DNA of 63,990 nucleotides, filler included, from Stramenopiles sp. TOSAG23-2 (GCA_900128395.1; 4 parts of 4 records of this genome joined end to end with filler, not necessarily neighbours in it); one strand, 5' to 3'. Shown: positions 1 to 11,866, numbered from the whole stretch's first letter. Notes: generated by a model from the letters alone, not told the origin. A program made the numbers and translations.

Positions 1-36
1 CCGACAACGCCAACTGCCCGGGAGAAAGGCGAAGAG

Positions 37-1230
37 TTGGAGGAAGACGTGGAGGAGAAAGCGGCGGAGGCGTTGACGTTAGATTTTGAGGGGAAACGTC
101 GTCGCCATCGTTCGAGCAAAAAGATGACCGCGAAGAAGGAGAAGGAGGAGGAAGAATTAGCGGGGGAAGAGGCGAACGAGGAGATGAAGAAGGAAGAGAC
201 ACCTTTGGAAGCGCCCTCTTCTTCACGATCGTCGTCGTCAGAAAAGAAGACCAAACGAAGTGCTGTTCAGCGCGAGGAGAAAAAGGAAGAAGTGCCGGAA
301 GAGGAAGTTAAAGAAGACGCGTCCATCTCTTTGTCTTCTTCTTCTTCTTCTTCTTCTAAACACCACCATCATCGCGCTTCGAAAAAGAGGACGGATTCTG
401 CCGAGGAGAGGGTTGCCATCGCTCCCGCCGAAAACGACAAAGAAGAAGAACGAGTGAAGGAGAAGGGAGAAGTCGCGGTGCCGCCAAATCCGCCGGCGAC
501 TACAAAGAAGCACTCCTCCTCCAAGTCGTCCAAAAAGCATACAAAAGAAGAACTCACGGGCGCGACGACGATGGTGGAACACGAGACGAAAGACGACGAA
601 GCAACGAAAGAAGTATCTGCAGAGGAACCGAAGGCGATGATGCCGACAAAAACAAAGTCCGAGGTAACGGTCGATGCTGACACAGGCGTGACGACGGTTG
701 AGGAAATCGAAGAAATTGACGACGACGACGAAGACGACGACGACGATAACGATAATGATGATAAGAGTGGTCGCTCGGTCGAGGATATCCAAGTCGAACT
801 TGAGAATGAACTCGACGAAGAAGCGAAGAAATATAAGCCAGACGAGAAACAAGTTGAAGAAATCAAAGCGGCTCGGGCAAAGGCCAAAGCGTTTCTCTCG
901 GAATCTGGAAAGTTTTTAAACTCTGTCGGCGTCGATCCAAAAGATGGCGACGATGCGACACGTGGAGAAAAGGACGCGTTTTTGGGCGAAAAAGAAGAAA
1001 GATCGAAAAAGAAGAAAATTAAAGACATGAACGCATATTTGGACAACATTTTAAGCGACGACTACGACGGAGGGAAAGACATCGATCCTGAAATGACGCC
1101 GGAACAAGACAAGGCTGTCAAAGCTGAAATTGCTTACGCGATGGATGAGACCAAACCGGCAATGACGGATGCTCAAAAAGATTTGATGGCGAGTTACCAG
1201 CTGATGATGCACGTCGGCAACGCCAATTGA
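37..1230 (+). CDS. Hypothetical low-complexity Glu/Lys/Ser-rich protein, probably 5' truncated
   Basis: 397-aa ORF with no recognisable domain; the first 24 nt of the contig are a chimeric copy of 1677-1700, so the true start is not seen. Confidence 0.6.
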   Translation: MEEDVEEKAAEALTLDFEGKRRRHRSSKKMTAKKEKEEEELAGEEANEEMKKEETPLEAPSSSRSSSSEKKTKRSAVQREEKKEEVPEEEVKEDASISLSSSSSSSSKHHHHRASKKRTDSAEERVAIAPAENDKEEERVKEKGEVAVPPNPPATTKKHSSSKSSKKHTKEELTGATTMVEHETKDDEATKEVSAEEPKAMMPTKTKSEVTVDADTGVTTVEEIEEIDDDDEDDDDDNDNDDKSGRSVEDIQVELENELDEEAKKYKPDEKQVEEIKAARAKAKAFLSESGKFLNSVGVDPKDGDDATRGEKDAFLGEKEERSKKKKIKDMNAYLDNILSDDYDGGKDIDPEMTPEQDKAVKAEIAYAMDETKPAMTDAQKDLMASYQLMMHVGNAN

Positions 1231-1329
1231 GAAAATCGTACTCGTAAAGGCGCGTTGTATAACTACGTATACTATATTTATCTATTTATTTTCTAAATTC
1301 TATAACCATTCCTACACTACTTGTGTGTA

Positions 1330-2397
1330 TCAATCGAACGCCGCGTCCTCTTTTGCTCTCTCTTCATCAACCAACTTCTGTTTCTTCTGTTTCCTCGTCT
1401 CATCGTCTTCTTCCTCGTCTTCTCCACCTAAATTTTCCTTGCTCGCTTGCTTCTTCAAAGCGGCGCTGAGCGTTTTCGCGTTCTTCTTCTGAAACGCCTT
1501 CATCGCCTGATCTGCCTTCTTCGCCTCCGTGTCTTTCGGCTCCTCGCCTTGCTCTTTGGCCATGTTCTCAATGATACTTAAATTCTTCAACAAATCCGGT
1601 TCGTTTCGTAAACACTTCGTCACGATGTACTCCTCCAGCTCATTACATCCCATCTCCCTCGCCGCTTTCAAAAACGCCGACAACGCCAACTGCCCGGGAG
1701 GAAACAAAAACATCGCATCCGTCAACAGTTGCTTCTTCAAATCCTCCTGGGATTTGTTATAACACTCCCTAATCTTTTCTACGACTAACTCTTTACTATT
1801 ACTGCTAGCATCACCCCCACCACCTTCATTGTTGTTACTACTGCTCACGCTATGTATCGCATCTGCGCGAAACCCGCGCAGCGGCCGAAACGCGCCAAAC
1901 GAAATCAACTGAAAATCTACCCCTTGCAAAACTGCCAACTCTGCGTTCAGCACTTTGTTGTAATCGATGTCTTTCACCACCTTGCACAACTGCTCCGCGC
2001 TCACGTACGACTCTTCCACTTTACACGCCACGTACACCGAAGCCACCATGACTATTTTCAAATTCGTCAGCATTATCGGATTTGCTAAACAATATCTCTT
2101 GAACAAAGTCGTCGCAGAAACCGTCACTTTAACCGGTAAATTAAACGCCGAGCACAGAGACTCTATCTTCGCCTCCAATCGTTTCCGGTAGATTTCTTCG
2201 TCTTTCGCGCTCGGAAACGAGAATTCCTTTTCCAATAACGTTTCCTCCTCCCCTTCCTTCTCTTCCTTTTCCTCGGGATTTCTTCCGCGAAGCAGCGCGA
2301 TCAGCGTTTTCTTTCTCTGCTCTCGCCGTCGTCTCGCCAAGTGTTCCGGACTGGAAAACATCCACGACTTTTTCTGCGTGGACGTTTGGAAGTTCAT
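1330..2397 (-). CDS. CYCH: Cyclin H (CAK/TFIIH subunit)
   Basis: N-terminal FQTSTQKKSWMF, cyclin box SATTLFKRYCL...VYVACKVEE, ELAVLQGVDFQL...FRPLRGF and LLTDAMFLFPPGQLAL are typical of cyclin H. Confidence 0.9.
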   Translation of the reverse strand: MNFQTSTQKKSWMFSSPEHLARRRREQRKKTLIALLRGRNPEEKEEKEGEEETLLEKEFSFPSAKDEEIYRKRLEAKIESLCSAFNLPVKVTVSATTLFKRYCLANPIMLTNLKIVMVASVYVACKVEESYVSAEQLCKVVKDIDYNKVLNAELAVLQGVDFQLISFGAFRPLRGFRADAIHSVSSSNNNEGGGGDASSNSKELVVEKIRECYNKSQEDLKKQLLTDAMFLFPPGQLALSAFLKAAREMGCNELEEYIVTKCLRNEPDLLKNLSIIENMAKEQGEEPKDTEAKKADQAMKAFQKKNAKTLSAALKKQASKENLGGEDEEEDDETRKQKKQKLVDEERAKEDAAFD

Positions 2398-2766
2398 CTC
2401 GTTTTTTCTTCGCGCAAATGCTTTTCTTCTTCTCCTTCTTCTGCTTCTGCTTTTTGTGGTATGGTACTTTTCTTCTTCTGCTTCTTCTTCTTCTTCTTCC
2501 GTTTTTTTTTTGACTCAAAAATTTAGGGACTCAAAAAATCGAAAAGAAGAAGAAGAAGACAAAAGAGGACACTTTCAAAAAAAAAGACAACCAAAAACAC
2601 AAAAGAAGAAGAAGAAGAAAACCGTTGAAGAAGAAGAAAAGTTGAAAGATTGTGTCTTGGAGTGAGTGACACGCGACGACGCCCTATACCTTTTAGAGGA
2701 CGACGACGACGACTTTGACGACCAAAACGACCAAAACGGTGGTAAATACCACCACCACCACCCACC

Positions 2767-5700
2767 ATGGCGACGTCGTCGTTTTGGTCGTCCGTCGCGA
2801 GACGACGAAGCGCGGCGTCTCTTCTGGTGTCGAGGATTCTGCGGCGCGGGAGAGAGGCGACTTTGACGACCACGACCACGACCACTCGTAATGAAATCGT
2901 CGGAAGTGGACCGCGGTGGCGTCGACACCGCGCGTACCGCGCTGCCCCGAACGATGTCGCGGGGAGCAGATCGAGAAGAGTTCCACGCGATGGCTGGAGA
3001 GATGGCGAGAGGCGCGGTGCGATGTTCAATCATCCGTCTTCTTTTCTCAAAAGAGCAGTCGCGTCGTCGCCATCGACCCAAACCGAACAGAACGAACCGA
3101 CGCCGATGAGAGATTTGAGAGACGAATTTATGAACGCAAACTCGGTGGCGTACTTAGAAGAGATTGAGAGAAGATTTAAAGAGGATGGAGATAAAGGGAT
3201 GGATCAATCGTGGTCGAACTTATTGAAAAACTTAGATAATGGGATGACTGGGAAAGAGTTGTCGTCGATGTGGGAAGACGCGAAGAACGGGAACGCGCCG
3301 GTGGCGAGAGAGAGGAGGGCCGCGTTAAATGGTTCGCCAGTTCCGTCGGAGGGAATTCAAGAATCCATGCGTTTACTTTTGCTGGTTCGTGCGTATCAAA
3401 TGTCTGGGCACGAAATGGCTACGGTCGACCCGTTAGGGATGGAAAAGAAGAACATAAACGTGGCATTGGATCCAGAGTTGTACGGTTTTACAGAGAAAGA
3501 TTTAGATCGGGAGTTTTTCTTGGGAACTTGGCGCATGAAAGGTTTCTTGGCGGAAGACCAACCGTATTGGACGTTGAGAGATATTTTGTCTCGATTAAAA
3601 GAGACTTATTGCGGCAACATTGGGTACGAGTACATGCACATTATGGATCGCGAGAAGTGTAACTGGTTGCGAGAACAGATTGAGACGCCCACTCAAAAAG
3701 GATACAACACGGAACGAAAGAAGATTTTATTTGAAAGATTAGCGCGCGCGGAATTGTTTGAGACGTTTTTATCGAACAAATATACCGCGGCAAAACGGTT
3801 CGGCTTGGAAGGGTGCGAAACGTTGATTCCCGGGTTTGAAGAAGCTGTCGATCGAGCGGCGGATTTGGGGGTGAAAAACATCAACATTGGCATGCCGCAC
3901 AGAGGCCGTTTGAACGTTTTAGCGAACGTCATCAGGAAACCTTTACAAACTATCTTTAACGAGTTTAAGGGAGGGCCGAAACCAACTGGCGAGTTAGGTT
4001 TGAGCGGATCACAATATACCGGTTCTGGGGACGTGAAATATCACTTGGGTACATCCATGGTCTCCAGAAGAGGCACGAACCAAGATAAAAAAGTTCAACT
4101 GTCGTTGCTCGCGAACCCGTCGCACTTGGAAGCCGTGAATACGGTAGTTATCGGGAAATGCGCGGCGAGACAGTTTTATTATAAAGACATAGAGAAAGAT
4201 ACAGTCATTCCGGTGCTTTTACACGGTGATGGCGCGTTTTCCGGTCAAGGTATCGTTTACGAGACACTGGATATGTCTCAACTTCCGGAATATCACGTTG
4301 GAGGTACCTTACACATTGTCGTGAACAACCAAGTCGCCTTTACGACTGATCCAAAACACTCGAGATCGTCTATGTATTGTACGGACGTAGCCAAGTGCAT
4401 CGAAGCGCCAGTCTTCCACGTCAACGGTGACGATGTTGAAGCCGTCGCGTGGGCTATGCAACTCGCCTTGGAGTGGCGTCAAAAGTTCAAAGCTGATGCG
4501 GTAGTTGATATCGTGTGCTATAGAAAGTTTGGTCATAACGAAATCGACGAGCCGATGTTCACTCAGCCTTTGATGTATAAAGTGATTAAAAAGCACGTCT
4601 CGGCGCATCAACAATACGCAGGAAAGTTAATCAAGGAAGGGATCCTAACAGCGGATGAGGTGAAAGCAAAACAAGCGGAGATCTTGAAAGAGTTGGATAC
4701 AGAGTTTGAACTATCTAAAAACTACGTTCCAAAGTTTCGTGATTGGGTGTCATCGCATTGGTCAGGCTTTAAATCGCCCGATCAATTCGCGTCCATTCGC
4801 AACACCGGCGTCGATCCGAAAATCTTGAAAGAAGTTGGCGCGAAAATTACCGAAATTCCAGAAACGTTTGCGCCGCACAAAATCGTCAAGCGCGTGTACG
4901 ATGCCAGGAGGAAAATGTTTGAAACCGGGGAGAATATCGATTGGGCTGCGGCGGAAATGCTCGCGTTTGGTACTCTGCTCAACGAAGGCAACCACGTGCG
5001 CTTATCCGGCCAAGATGTCGAAAGAGGTACGTTTTCGCACCGACACGCGGTCATTAAAGACCAAAATACCGGCGAGCGGTTTATGCCTTTGCGTAACTTA
5101 TACAGCGACAAAATGGACGAAAAAGGCACGAAATATTTTACCATATGTAACTCGTCCTTGTCGGAATTCGGCGTCCTTGGTTTTGAGCTCGGATATTCTT
5201 TGGACAATCCAAACTCTCTGGTCATTTGGGAAGCACAGTTTGGCGATTTCGCCAACTCCGCGCAAGTCATTATCGATCAGTTCATCTCTTCTGGGGAATC
5301 GAAATGGCTGCGACAAACTGGTTTAACGTTGCTTCTTCCACACGGCTACGACGGTCAAGGTCCGGAACACTCTTCCGCTCGATTGGAACGATTCTTACAA
5401 ATGTCCGACGAAGATCCTCGCATCGTTCCGGACATGTCCCAATCCAAACGTTTAGCCATTCAAGGCACAAACTGGCAAATCTGTAACGTCACCACCCCGG
5501 CCAACTATTTCCATCTCCTCCGTCGCCAAATCCACCGTGATTACCGCAAGCCTTTGATTCTCATGTCACCGAAGAACTTGTTGCGTCATCCCAAATGCGT
5601 CTCGCCTTTGACAGAATTCGACGACTTTGATTCCCTCACTGACGCCCAAGGGACACGATTTAAACGTTTGATCATGGACAAAACAGCTAAAGTCCGCGGT

Positions 5701-6096
5701 TTAACCAACATTCCAGTCGAAGACCATGTAAAACGTCTCGTCTTTTGCTCGGGTAAAGTTTACTACGAATTAGACGCCGAACGGGAAGCGTTGAAAGCGG
5801 AAGACACCATTAAAATTTGCCGTATCGAACAGTTAGCCCCGTTTCCATGGGATTTAGTTGAGCGCGAATTAAAACGCTATCCAAAAGCTGAAGTTGTCTG
5901 GTGTCAGGAGGAACCATTAAATATGGGCGCGTACACCCACGTCGACCAACGCATACGCACTCTGTTCAAGCACCTCGGCAAAGAAGGCGAGTTGAAATAC
6001 GCCGGGCGAAACCAAGCTGCCAGTCCTTCCACCGGGTATGGGTCCGTCCACGCGCAAGAGCAAATTAAATTAATCAAAGACGCACTGGTTTTATAA
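2767..6096 (+). CDS. OGDH: Mitochondrial 2-oxoglutarate dehydrogenase E1 component
   Basis: KRFGLEGCE, GMPHRGRLNVL, GDVKYHLG, ThDP motif HGDGAFSGQG...NNQ, RLSGQDVERGTFSHRH, GPEHSSARLERFLQ; Arg/Ser-rich presequence. Confidence 0.97.
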   Translation: MATSSFWSSVARRRSAASLLVSRILRRGREATLTTTTTTTRNEIVGSGPRWRRHRAYRAAPNDVAGSRSRRVPRDGWRDGERRGAMFNHPSSFLKRAVASSPSTQTEQNEPTPMRDLRDEFMNANSVAYLEEIERRFKEDGDKGMDQSWSNLLKNLDNGMTGKELSSMWEDAKNGNAPVARERRAALNGSPVPSEGIQESMRLLLLVRAYQMSGHEMATVDPLGMEKKNINVALDPELYGFTEKDLDREFFLGTWRMKGFLAEDQPYWTLRDILSRLKETYCGNIGYEYMHIMDREKCNWLREQIETPTQKGYNTERKKILFERLARAELFETFLSNKYTAAKRFGLEGCETLIPGFEEAVDRAADLGVKNINIGMPHRGRLNVLANVIRKPLQTIFNEFKGGPKPTGELGLSGSQYTGSGDVKYHLGTSMVSRRGTNQDKKVQLSLLANPSHLEAVNTVVIGKCAARQFYYKDIEKDTVIPVLLHGDGAFSGQGIVYETLDMSQLPEYHVGGTLHIVVNNQVAFTTDPKHSRSSMYCTDVAKCIEAPVFHVNGDDVEAVAWAMQLALEWRQKFKADAVVDIVCYRKFGHNEIDEPMFTQPLMYKVIKKHVSAHQQYAGKLIKEGILTADEVKAKQAEILKELDTEFELSKNYVPKFRDWVSSHWSGFKSPDQFASIRNTGVDPKILKEVGAKITEIPETFAPHKIVKRVYDARRKMFETGENIDWAAAEMLAFGTLLNEGNHVRLSGQDVERGTFSHRHAVIKDQNTGERFMPLRNLYSDKMDEKGTKYFTICNSSLSEFGVLGFELGYSLDNPNSLVIWEAQFGDFANSAQVIIDQFISSGESKWLRQTGLTLLLPHGYDGQGPEHSSARLERFLQMSDEDPRIVPDMSQSKRLAIQGTNWQICNVTTPANYFHLLRRQIHRDYRKPLILMSPKNLLRHPKCVSPLTEFDDFDSLTDAQGTRFKRLIMDKTAKVRGLTNIPVEDHVKRLVFCSGKVYYELDAEREALKAEDTIKICRIEQLAPFPWDLVERELKRYPKAEVVWCQEEPLNMGAYTHVDQRIRTLFKHLGKEGELKYAGRNQAASPSTGYGSVHAQEQIKLIKDALVL

Positions 6097-6125
6097 CGCG
6101 AAACTGTCTTTCAGTATTGCTCACA

Positions 6126-6189
6126 GACACACACACACACACACACACACAAAAGAGAGAGAGAAAGAGAAAGAGAGAGAGAGAGAGAG
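6126..6189. repeat. (CA)n followed by (GA)n microsatellite
   Basis: Directly visible dinucleotide runs downstream of OGDH. Confidence 0.9.
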
Positions 6190-6601
6190 TTGAAAAAAGG
6201 TCAACACGACACCTTTTTGTTGTTTGTACGACTTTTTGAAATGTTTGCAAGTTGGTTAAAATATTTACGTTTCCCCCGTAAGAAGAGAAAACAGAGCCTC
6301 CTCCTCGTTCGTTCGTGTTGAAACTCCTCGTCGTCGTCGTCTCCAAATATTATTATTGCACCAAAGCTTTGCCTCCCAAAAATAATAATTACAAAAAAAC
6401 TAACTGGTCCTTCTCGACCTCCTTTTACTAAAGACGTCACCCCCCAAAAAAGAAAACACTTTGACGTAAGCAGTAGTATTGGATATTGGATAACCCGCAA
6501 GGGAAGAGAATCGTCAAAAAAACTCGCGTCTCGCTTCCAGCGTAAAAAGTGTCGTCTCTCCCGTAGCACCACGCGCCGCGCTTGCACAACAAGGTAGTAG
6601 T

Positions 6602-8194
6602 ATGAGCGCTCCTCTCGTCGCGCGAGCGATGAAACCGTCCGCGTGTTCGTGTTCTCGACGTTCCGCGACGAACGCTTTGGTGCGGAAGCAATCGAATCCG
6701 TCGACGACGACGACGACGACGATGGTCTCCAGACACCAAAGAAAGAAGATTATTTCCGTGCGCACGAACGCGGTTTTGCTCCCGATGATGACGCCCGTAG
6801 CGATTGGTTCGATAGACACCGATAGAATCGCGAATGCGTACGAGTCGTCTTCCTCGCTTAATCGAACGCATCAAATAGAGGTGCAAAGAGTGTTTGAAGT
6901 CGCAGACGCCGCAGAGATGACGATGGAACAAGCGCCGGCGATGGAAGCGCCGGCCCCGGCGATGGAAGCGCCAGCAATGGAAATGGGAATGGAAGCGCAA
7001 GACGTGCCGGCGGTGGAAACCGCGGAACCAGAGATGACGGTGGAACAAGCGCCGACGGTGGAAGCCGCGAAACCAGCGAAGGGGAAGAGACCCGCCTTGC
7101 AAAAAGGAGGGTGGCTTGGACCAATCACGGACGGCTTAGAATGGACTTTAGAATGCATCGATGGCCTTTTAGCACCCATCACGGGGACGAATTCATACGG
7201 CTATTCTATTCTCGTGTTAACTTTATTGGTGAAATTTGTCACGTTTCCGTTAACGAAGAAACAGATTGAAGGTTCGGTGAACATGCAAGCGTTACAACCA
7301 AAAGTGAAAGAGTTACAAGCGATGTACGCAAACGACCCGGAGAAGTTACAGATGGAAACGGCGAGACTATATAAGGAGGCGAACTTTAACCCGTTGGCGG
7401 GATGTTTGCCGACCTTCGCGACGTTGCCGGTGTTTATTGGTCTGTATCGAGCGCTATCCAATGCCTCGGTGGAGGGGTTGTTGAAAGATGGGTTTTATTG
7501 GATCCCAAGTTTAGGTGGACCGGCAACGATTGAAATGCGAAACGACGGCAATGGATTTTCGTGGTTGTTCCCTCTCGTGGACGGCGCGCCGCCGATTGGT
7601 TGGCACGACGCATTGTCTTACATGGTCTTGCCGGTTTTGTTGGTCATTTCTCAAACGATATCTCAAAAGATCATGCAACCTGACTCGGCGAAATCGACGG
7701 ATCCATCGCAGCAACAATCGCAAGCTATTTTGAAATTTTTGCCGTTTATGATTGGCTACTTCTCCTTGAATGTGCCGGCTGGGTTGACGCTGTATTGGTT
7801 CTTTAACAACATCATCACGACCACGCAGACGGTGTATTTGCGAAAGACTACGAAACCACTCGTCAACGTTGGTGGTAATGGTACGGCTGGTAATGGTGGT
7901 GCGGCGTCCTCGCAACCTGTGCGAGTGGATTACGTTCCGAAAAGAGAGAGAAGATCGGGCGCAACCATACCAAAAGTAGCGGCTCCGAAAGTTGACGTCT
8001 CCAACGCTATTTCTGCGGAGTTTACCGATTTTGACGACGGGCCCGCAAAAGTTAAGAGTGCGTTAGAGAGCGAGTTCGGGGATTTTGAAGATGGACCGGC
8101 GAAAGTTCAAGAAGATGATGGGGGTGATAGCCGAGGCAGTCGAAAAGGCAGTCGAAGAGGCAACCGAAAGAAGAAACGCAGGGGGTCCCGATAA
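6602..8194 (+). CDS. ALB3: Chloroplast ALB3/YidC-family thylakoid membrane insertase
   Basis: SYGYSILVLTLLVKFVTFPLTKKQ, MQALQPKVKELQ, NPLAGCLPT, GFYWIPSLGGP, VPAGLTLYWFFNN; transit peptide and basic C-tail. Confidence 0.93.
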   Translation: MSAPLVARAMKPSACSCSRRSATNALVRKQSNPSTTTTTTMVSRHQRKKIISVRTNAVLLPMMTPVAIGSIDTDRIANAYESSSSLNRTHQIEVQRVFEVADAAEMTMEQAPAMEAPAPAMEAPAMEMGMEAQDVPAVETAEPEMTVEQAPTVEAAKPAKGKRPALQKGGWLGPITDGLEWTLECIDGLLAPITGTNSYGYSILVLTLLVKFVTFPLTKKQIEGSVNMQALQPKVKELQAMYANDPEKLQMETARLYKEANFNPLAGCLPTFATLPVFIGLYRALSNASVEGLLKDGFYWIPSLGGPATIEMRNDGNGFSWLFPLVDGAPPIGWHDALSYMVLPVLLVISQTISQKIMQPDSAKSTDPSQQQSQAILKFLPFMIGYFSLNVPAGLTLYWFFNNIITTTQTVYLRKTTKPLVNVGGNGTAGNGGAASSQPVRVDYVPKRERRSGATIPKVAAPKVDVSNAISAEFTDFDDGPAKVKSALESEFGDFEDGPAKVQEDDGGDSRGSRKGSRRGNRKKKRRGSR

Positions 8195-8342
8195 TTCTTT
8201 TCCATCAATATAGTTTCTCTCTTTATGAAAAAAGTGCGCTAGAGTTCAGAATTAGATCGCGTGGCAGTATCGCAATCGCGTCTATATACTGGTACCAAAC
8301 AAATTTTATCCTTTGTAAAAATGAAAAATACAAATAGAGTTT

Positions 8343-9905
8343 TCATGGCTTCCATTTTTTCTCCTTCTTTCTAGCTGTTGTCGTTGATGTTAATGTTAAT
8401 GATGTCGACTTCTTTTGCATACCTGGCGGCATGGTTTTGGTACCATCATCATTGTCCTCTTCATCTTCGTTGTTGTCGTCCTCCTGGCTGTTGTTATTCG
8501 TATCGTCGCGAACATGGGCTCGATGTGGGAACTTGAATGTTTCTATTTCTTTCTTGGAATAGTTACTTTTATCAAAATTTGTCACGGCTTTGTCGCCTCG
8601 ATATTTCAAGCTCGCCAAATCATACCCTCGCGCGGCTTCAACTTCGGTTTGATACGTTCCGAGATACACGTACTTGGACCCTTTCACGCGACCAAGCCGC
8701 GATTCCCACAAAGGTTTCGTCGTCGTCTTGTTGTTTTTGTCGGTTGTGCTTTTAACATGTTTTGTCACGCCGCGATATTTCGAGACGCCTCGAGTAAATC
8801 CGCTGGATTCTCGTCGCAACGCTGCAATGTAACTGGCAAAATCATAGGATTTCATGTTTTCGATATCTTTCGCGTACGTTTTGTAGTCGAAATTCAAGTT
8901 GGCTTTCCTCCCCCAGAGCTTGATCGCAGCCTTGTCGTAACTTTTGGCAGCCTCGATCTCTGTCGAATACCCACCCAAATAAACCTGCCTTCCTCTCGTT
9001 CTGCCACCAGGCTTTGGCATCACCCGTGCCGAAGAAGAGTCCCACAAATGTGCTTCATATTTTCCCGTTAATCTATGTTTTGTTACACCTCGCATTTGAG
9101 AACTCCTTGATGGATTCTGAGGTTTCGCGGTTCGATTAGATTTTGGTACAGCATGCAAAGACCGCCTTTTTTTTACCTCTTTCATGGCAACTACAGGTTC
9201 TGTCTTCGGTGGAGTTGGTGGCACTAATAACGATGCATCGTTTTTCGATGGAAATTCCGTTTGCTCCGGAATGTTTACAGATACTGTCCCGTCATCGCTC
9301 GAGAAAAAATTTCTGCTCGGAATCAACTTGTTGTCATCATCGTCGTCGTCGTCGTCGTCAAAGTTGAGATTAGTTCTACGTTTCGGATTCGCGTGCACAT
9401 CAGACATGCACAATCCCCACACGTCCATGTCTTTATCTCTCGTCATAAACCTCAATATCCCTTCTTGCTTTTCGTCGTGCATTAACATGTAGTCTAAATC
9501 TTGCTCCTCGCCAGGAGACAAAGGCCGATGTTGCTCCTCGTGGTTCATGATCAGCTCGATGCAAGTTTTCAAACGCTTTTTCTTTCGTTTTTCCGGCTCC
9601 TCTGAACATGGTGAAAAAGGCGAGTTCACATCTCCATCTCTTCCACGACACGTGTCCTCTTCATCTTCGTCGCTAGAGCTGTTTCTGAGCAACATGTCCA
9701 AGTAATGGTCCATGCACGGCGGTAAGGAAAAATTCTCACCGAAAGGAGGAGCGTTTTTCTTCTTCGTATTTTCCTCGAGAGTGAGCATTTCAACGTACGA
9801 ACGAAGCGGGTCGCCGTCGTCGTCTTCGCCGCCGCCGCCGCCTCCGTCTCTTTTGTCGTCGTCGATCGCGAAATTGGTGGTGATGGTATCCTCTTCCCCG
9901 CTCAT
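8343..9905 (-). CDS. AP2-family transcription factor with two AP2 domains (WRI1/AIL-like)
   Basis: [23 protein letters not shown]...GRQVYLGGY...[14 protein letters not shown], linker [18 protein letters not shown], second AP2 WESRLG...YVYLGTY. Confidence 0.92.
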   Translation of the reverse strand: MSGEEDTITTNFAIDDDKRDGGGGGGEDDDGDPLRSYVEMLTLEENTKKKNAPPFGENFSLPPCMDHYLDMLLRNSSSDEDEEDTCRGRDGDVNSPFSPCSEEPEKRKKKRLKTCIELIMNHEEQHRPLSPGEEQDLDYMLMHDEKQEGILRFMTRDKDMDVWGLCMSDVHANPKRRTNLNFDDDDDDDDDNKLIPSRNFFSSDDGTVSVNIPEQTEFPSKNDASLLVPPTPPKTEPVVAMKEVKKRRSLHAVPKSNRTAKPQNPSRSSQMRGVTKHRLTGKYEAHLWDSSSARVMPKPGGRTRGRQVYLGGYSTEIEAAKSYDKAAIKLWGRKANLNFDYKTYAKDIENMKSYDFASYIAALRRESSGFTRGVSKYRGVTKHVKSTTDKNNKTTTKPLWESRLGRVKGSKYVYLGTYQTEVEAARGYDLASLKYRGDKAVTNFDKSNYSKKEIETFKFPHRAHVRDDTNNNSQEDDNNEDEEDNDDGTKTMPPGMQKKSTSLTLTSTTTARKKEKKWKP

Positions 9906-10105
9906 GTTTCTACATTCGTCGTTGGAAAAGCTTTCTCTCTCTCTCTCTTTTTCTCGCGCGAGGGCGAGGCGGGGAATATTTTAAAAAAAAATAACGCATT
10001 AGTTTCAGTGAAAAACCAAAAATGAAGAGCGTCTCGGATGAAGAATAAAAATGCTCGCGAGGCTACCTACTTACGTACGTGTGCTCTACTATTATTACAC
10101 TATTA

Positions 10106-11866
10106 TTATTTGCCTTTATTAGTGTTGCTACTGGTTCGTTTCGACCTGGTAGGGGTCATCGTTTTCGCGTTCACGCCCATCTTTGCGTTCGAGGCTCTTT
10201 TGCTAGCCGCCAGGATGGTTTTGCTTACTTTCGTCGTCGTTTTGGAATTTTTTGCCGCCGAGGTGGCGCTCACGGCTTTTTTCTTCGTCGAGTGGGACGA
10301 GTCGCGCGAATGCATCCAAGTTGCCACAGGGCACGGTTTCTTGCTGTTCTTCTCTCGACATTTGGACTGACCGTAATACCATCCTTTGCCGTCGATGGAG
10401 GCAAATGGTGGGACTTTTTGTAATCGAGCGCTCATGACTTCAAATGCGAGTCGGCCGAGGTTGGAGGTAAACGTGCCGATAAAGGCATCACCGCTAGCTA
10501 AGAGTTCGACATCTGTAGCAGTTTCAGTACCGACGCGACCTGGATCGCCGTCCCCAGCTCCCAGTCGTCGCTCGATAAATCCTACTTTGAAATGCTCCGA
10601 TTCACGTCGCGCTTTGACCATGCCCTTGGAGTATTTGACTCTGTTCTTCTCCCAAGTTTTCAAAGAGTACCATTTGAGGTCGACTGGGGCGAACAAAAGA
10701 CTATAACCATTTTTTTTGGCATCTTTGCGCGCTTCTTTCACCGTGCTATCGTCGTCGGTAGCCAAGAACACGAAATTAAAAACGTCATCCCCGTAGGCGT
10801 TTCGTAGGCGTTGAATCTCTTTCGCGTACCTTCCAAAATTTGCACATGAGCCGTATTTCTTCACACGTCCTTCCGCCACGCAACTATCGCCTTTACGAAC
10901 GTGAACAGATATAACTTTATTAGTACCATATGTCTCACCACCCGCATTCGTCGGTGCAGGCCAACCCATCTTCCCCTTCAATTCCATTACTTTCTTTGCA
11001 AAATTGGCATTCGGCCTCCAAAGTCTCCCAGCCACCGCCGCGTGGTAATAAAAAAACGATGGCGACGCTCGAATTGGCATTATAATTGCACGATTTTCAG
11101 CTTTTTGAAAATCTTTTTGATTCTCATCAACCTTTGTTCTTTTGCATTTTGAGAGTGGTTCTAAATAACATGCCAAACTCTGGTCGCCGCATGTCTTACT
11201 ACTAAATCCAGGCAGTGAGTGCGACGCAAAATCAAACTGTGTATTCCCACTCTTCACGGCTTGCGCATACTCGTAAATGGCGTAATTTACAATAGCCCCA
11301 AATCCAGTCTTCGGCATTTTGTGCGCCACCACTCTCCCGCACCCTTTCGCTTTGTGCGCGTCAAAGATATCCGTCAAATCTGGGAAGATTTTCATGTTCA
11401 AGCGTTCAATGGGAGGCGTATACAATGGAACGGCACTCATCGTCACACATTTCATCGATGGAGACATTAATTTTCCTGGTGGACACAAGAATTCACCTAA
11501 ACTATTACTAATACCAGTACTGCTCAAATTTTCTTCATCCAATTGACCATCCACACCTATGCCATGACCATCACTATTGATTTCATAATCAGTCGCAATA
11601 CCATTATTACTATTACTATTAGTCTCCTCCAAAGTATTATCCTCGTAATCGTCATTCCCATTGGTTTGCTCACCAGTAAATGTATTCCCATCATCTTCGA
11701 TCCCCTCCAACTCATTTGTTATCAAACTATCATCTCTCTCGATATCTTCCAAAAGATACAATCGCTCATTCTTTGAACTTTGAACGTGCGCTAAAAAGAG
11801 CACAAACAGAGCGATACAAACGAACACGAACGGGTAGACTTGAATGCGAGCATGCGATGAGGTCAT
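10106..11866 (-). CDS. Type II membrane alpha-1,6-fucosyltransferase-like glycosyltransferase (GT23, FUT8/NodZ-like)
   Basis: N-terminal TM anchor; GFGA, VHVRKGDS, VFLATDD and DVELLA...FIGTFTSNLGRLAFE motifs. Confidence 0.8.
   Translation of the reverse strand: MTSSHARIQVYPFVFVCIALFVLFLAHVQSSKNERLYLLEDIERDDSLITNELEGIEDDGNTFTGEQTNGNDDYEDNTLEETNSNSNNGIATDYEINSDGHGIGVDGQLDEENLSSTGISNSLGEFLCPPGKLMSPSMKCVTMSAVPLYTPPIERLNMKIFPDLTDIFDAHKAKGCGRVVAHKMPKTGFGAIVNYAIYEYAQAVKSGNTQFDFASHSLPGFSSKTCGDQSLACYLEPLSKCKRTKVDENQKDFQKAENRAIIMPIRASPSFFYYHAAVAGRLWRPNANFAKKVMELKGKMGWPAPTNAGGETYGTNKVISVHVRKGDSCVAEGRVKKYGSCANFGRYAKEIQRLRNAYGDDVFNFVFLATDDDSTVKEARKDAKKNGYSLLFAPVDLKWYSLKTWEKNRVKYSKGMVKARRESEHFKVGFIERRLGAGDGDPGRVGTETATDVELLASGDAFIGTFTSNLGRLAFEVMSARLQKVPPFASIDGKGWYYGQSKCREKNSKKPCPVATWMHSRDSSHSTKKKAVSATSAAKNSKTTTKVSKTILAASKRASNAKMGVNAKTMTPTRSKRTSSNTNKGK

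Noticed and set aside
238-1049. Long antisense and alternative-frame ORFs here and throughout the ORF track (e.g. 8415-9071, 33846-34574)
   Set aside because: Shadows of real genes or low-complexity repeats with no independent domain signal.
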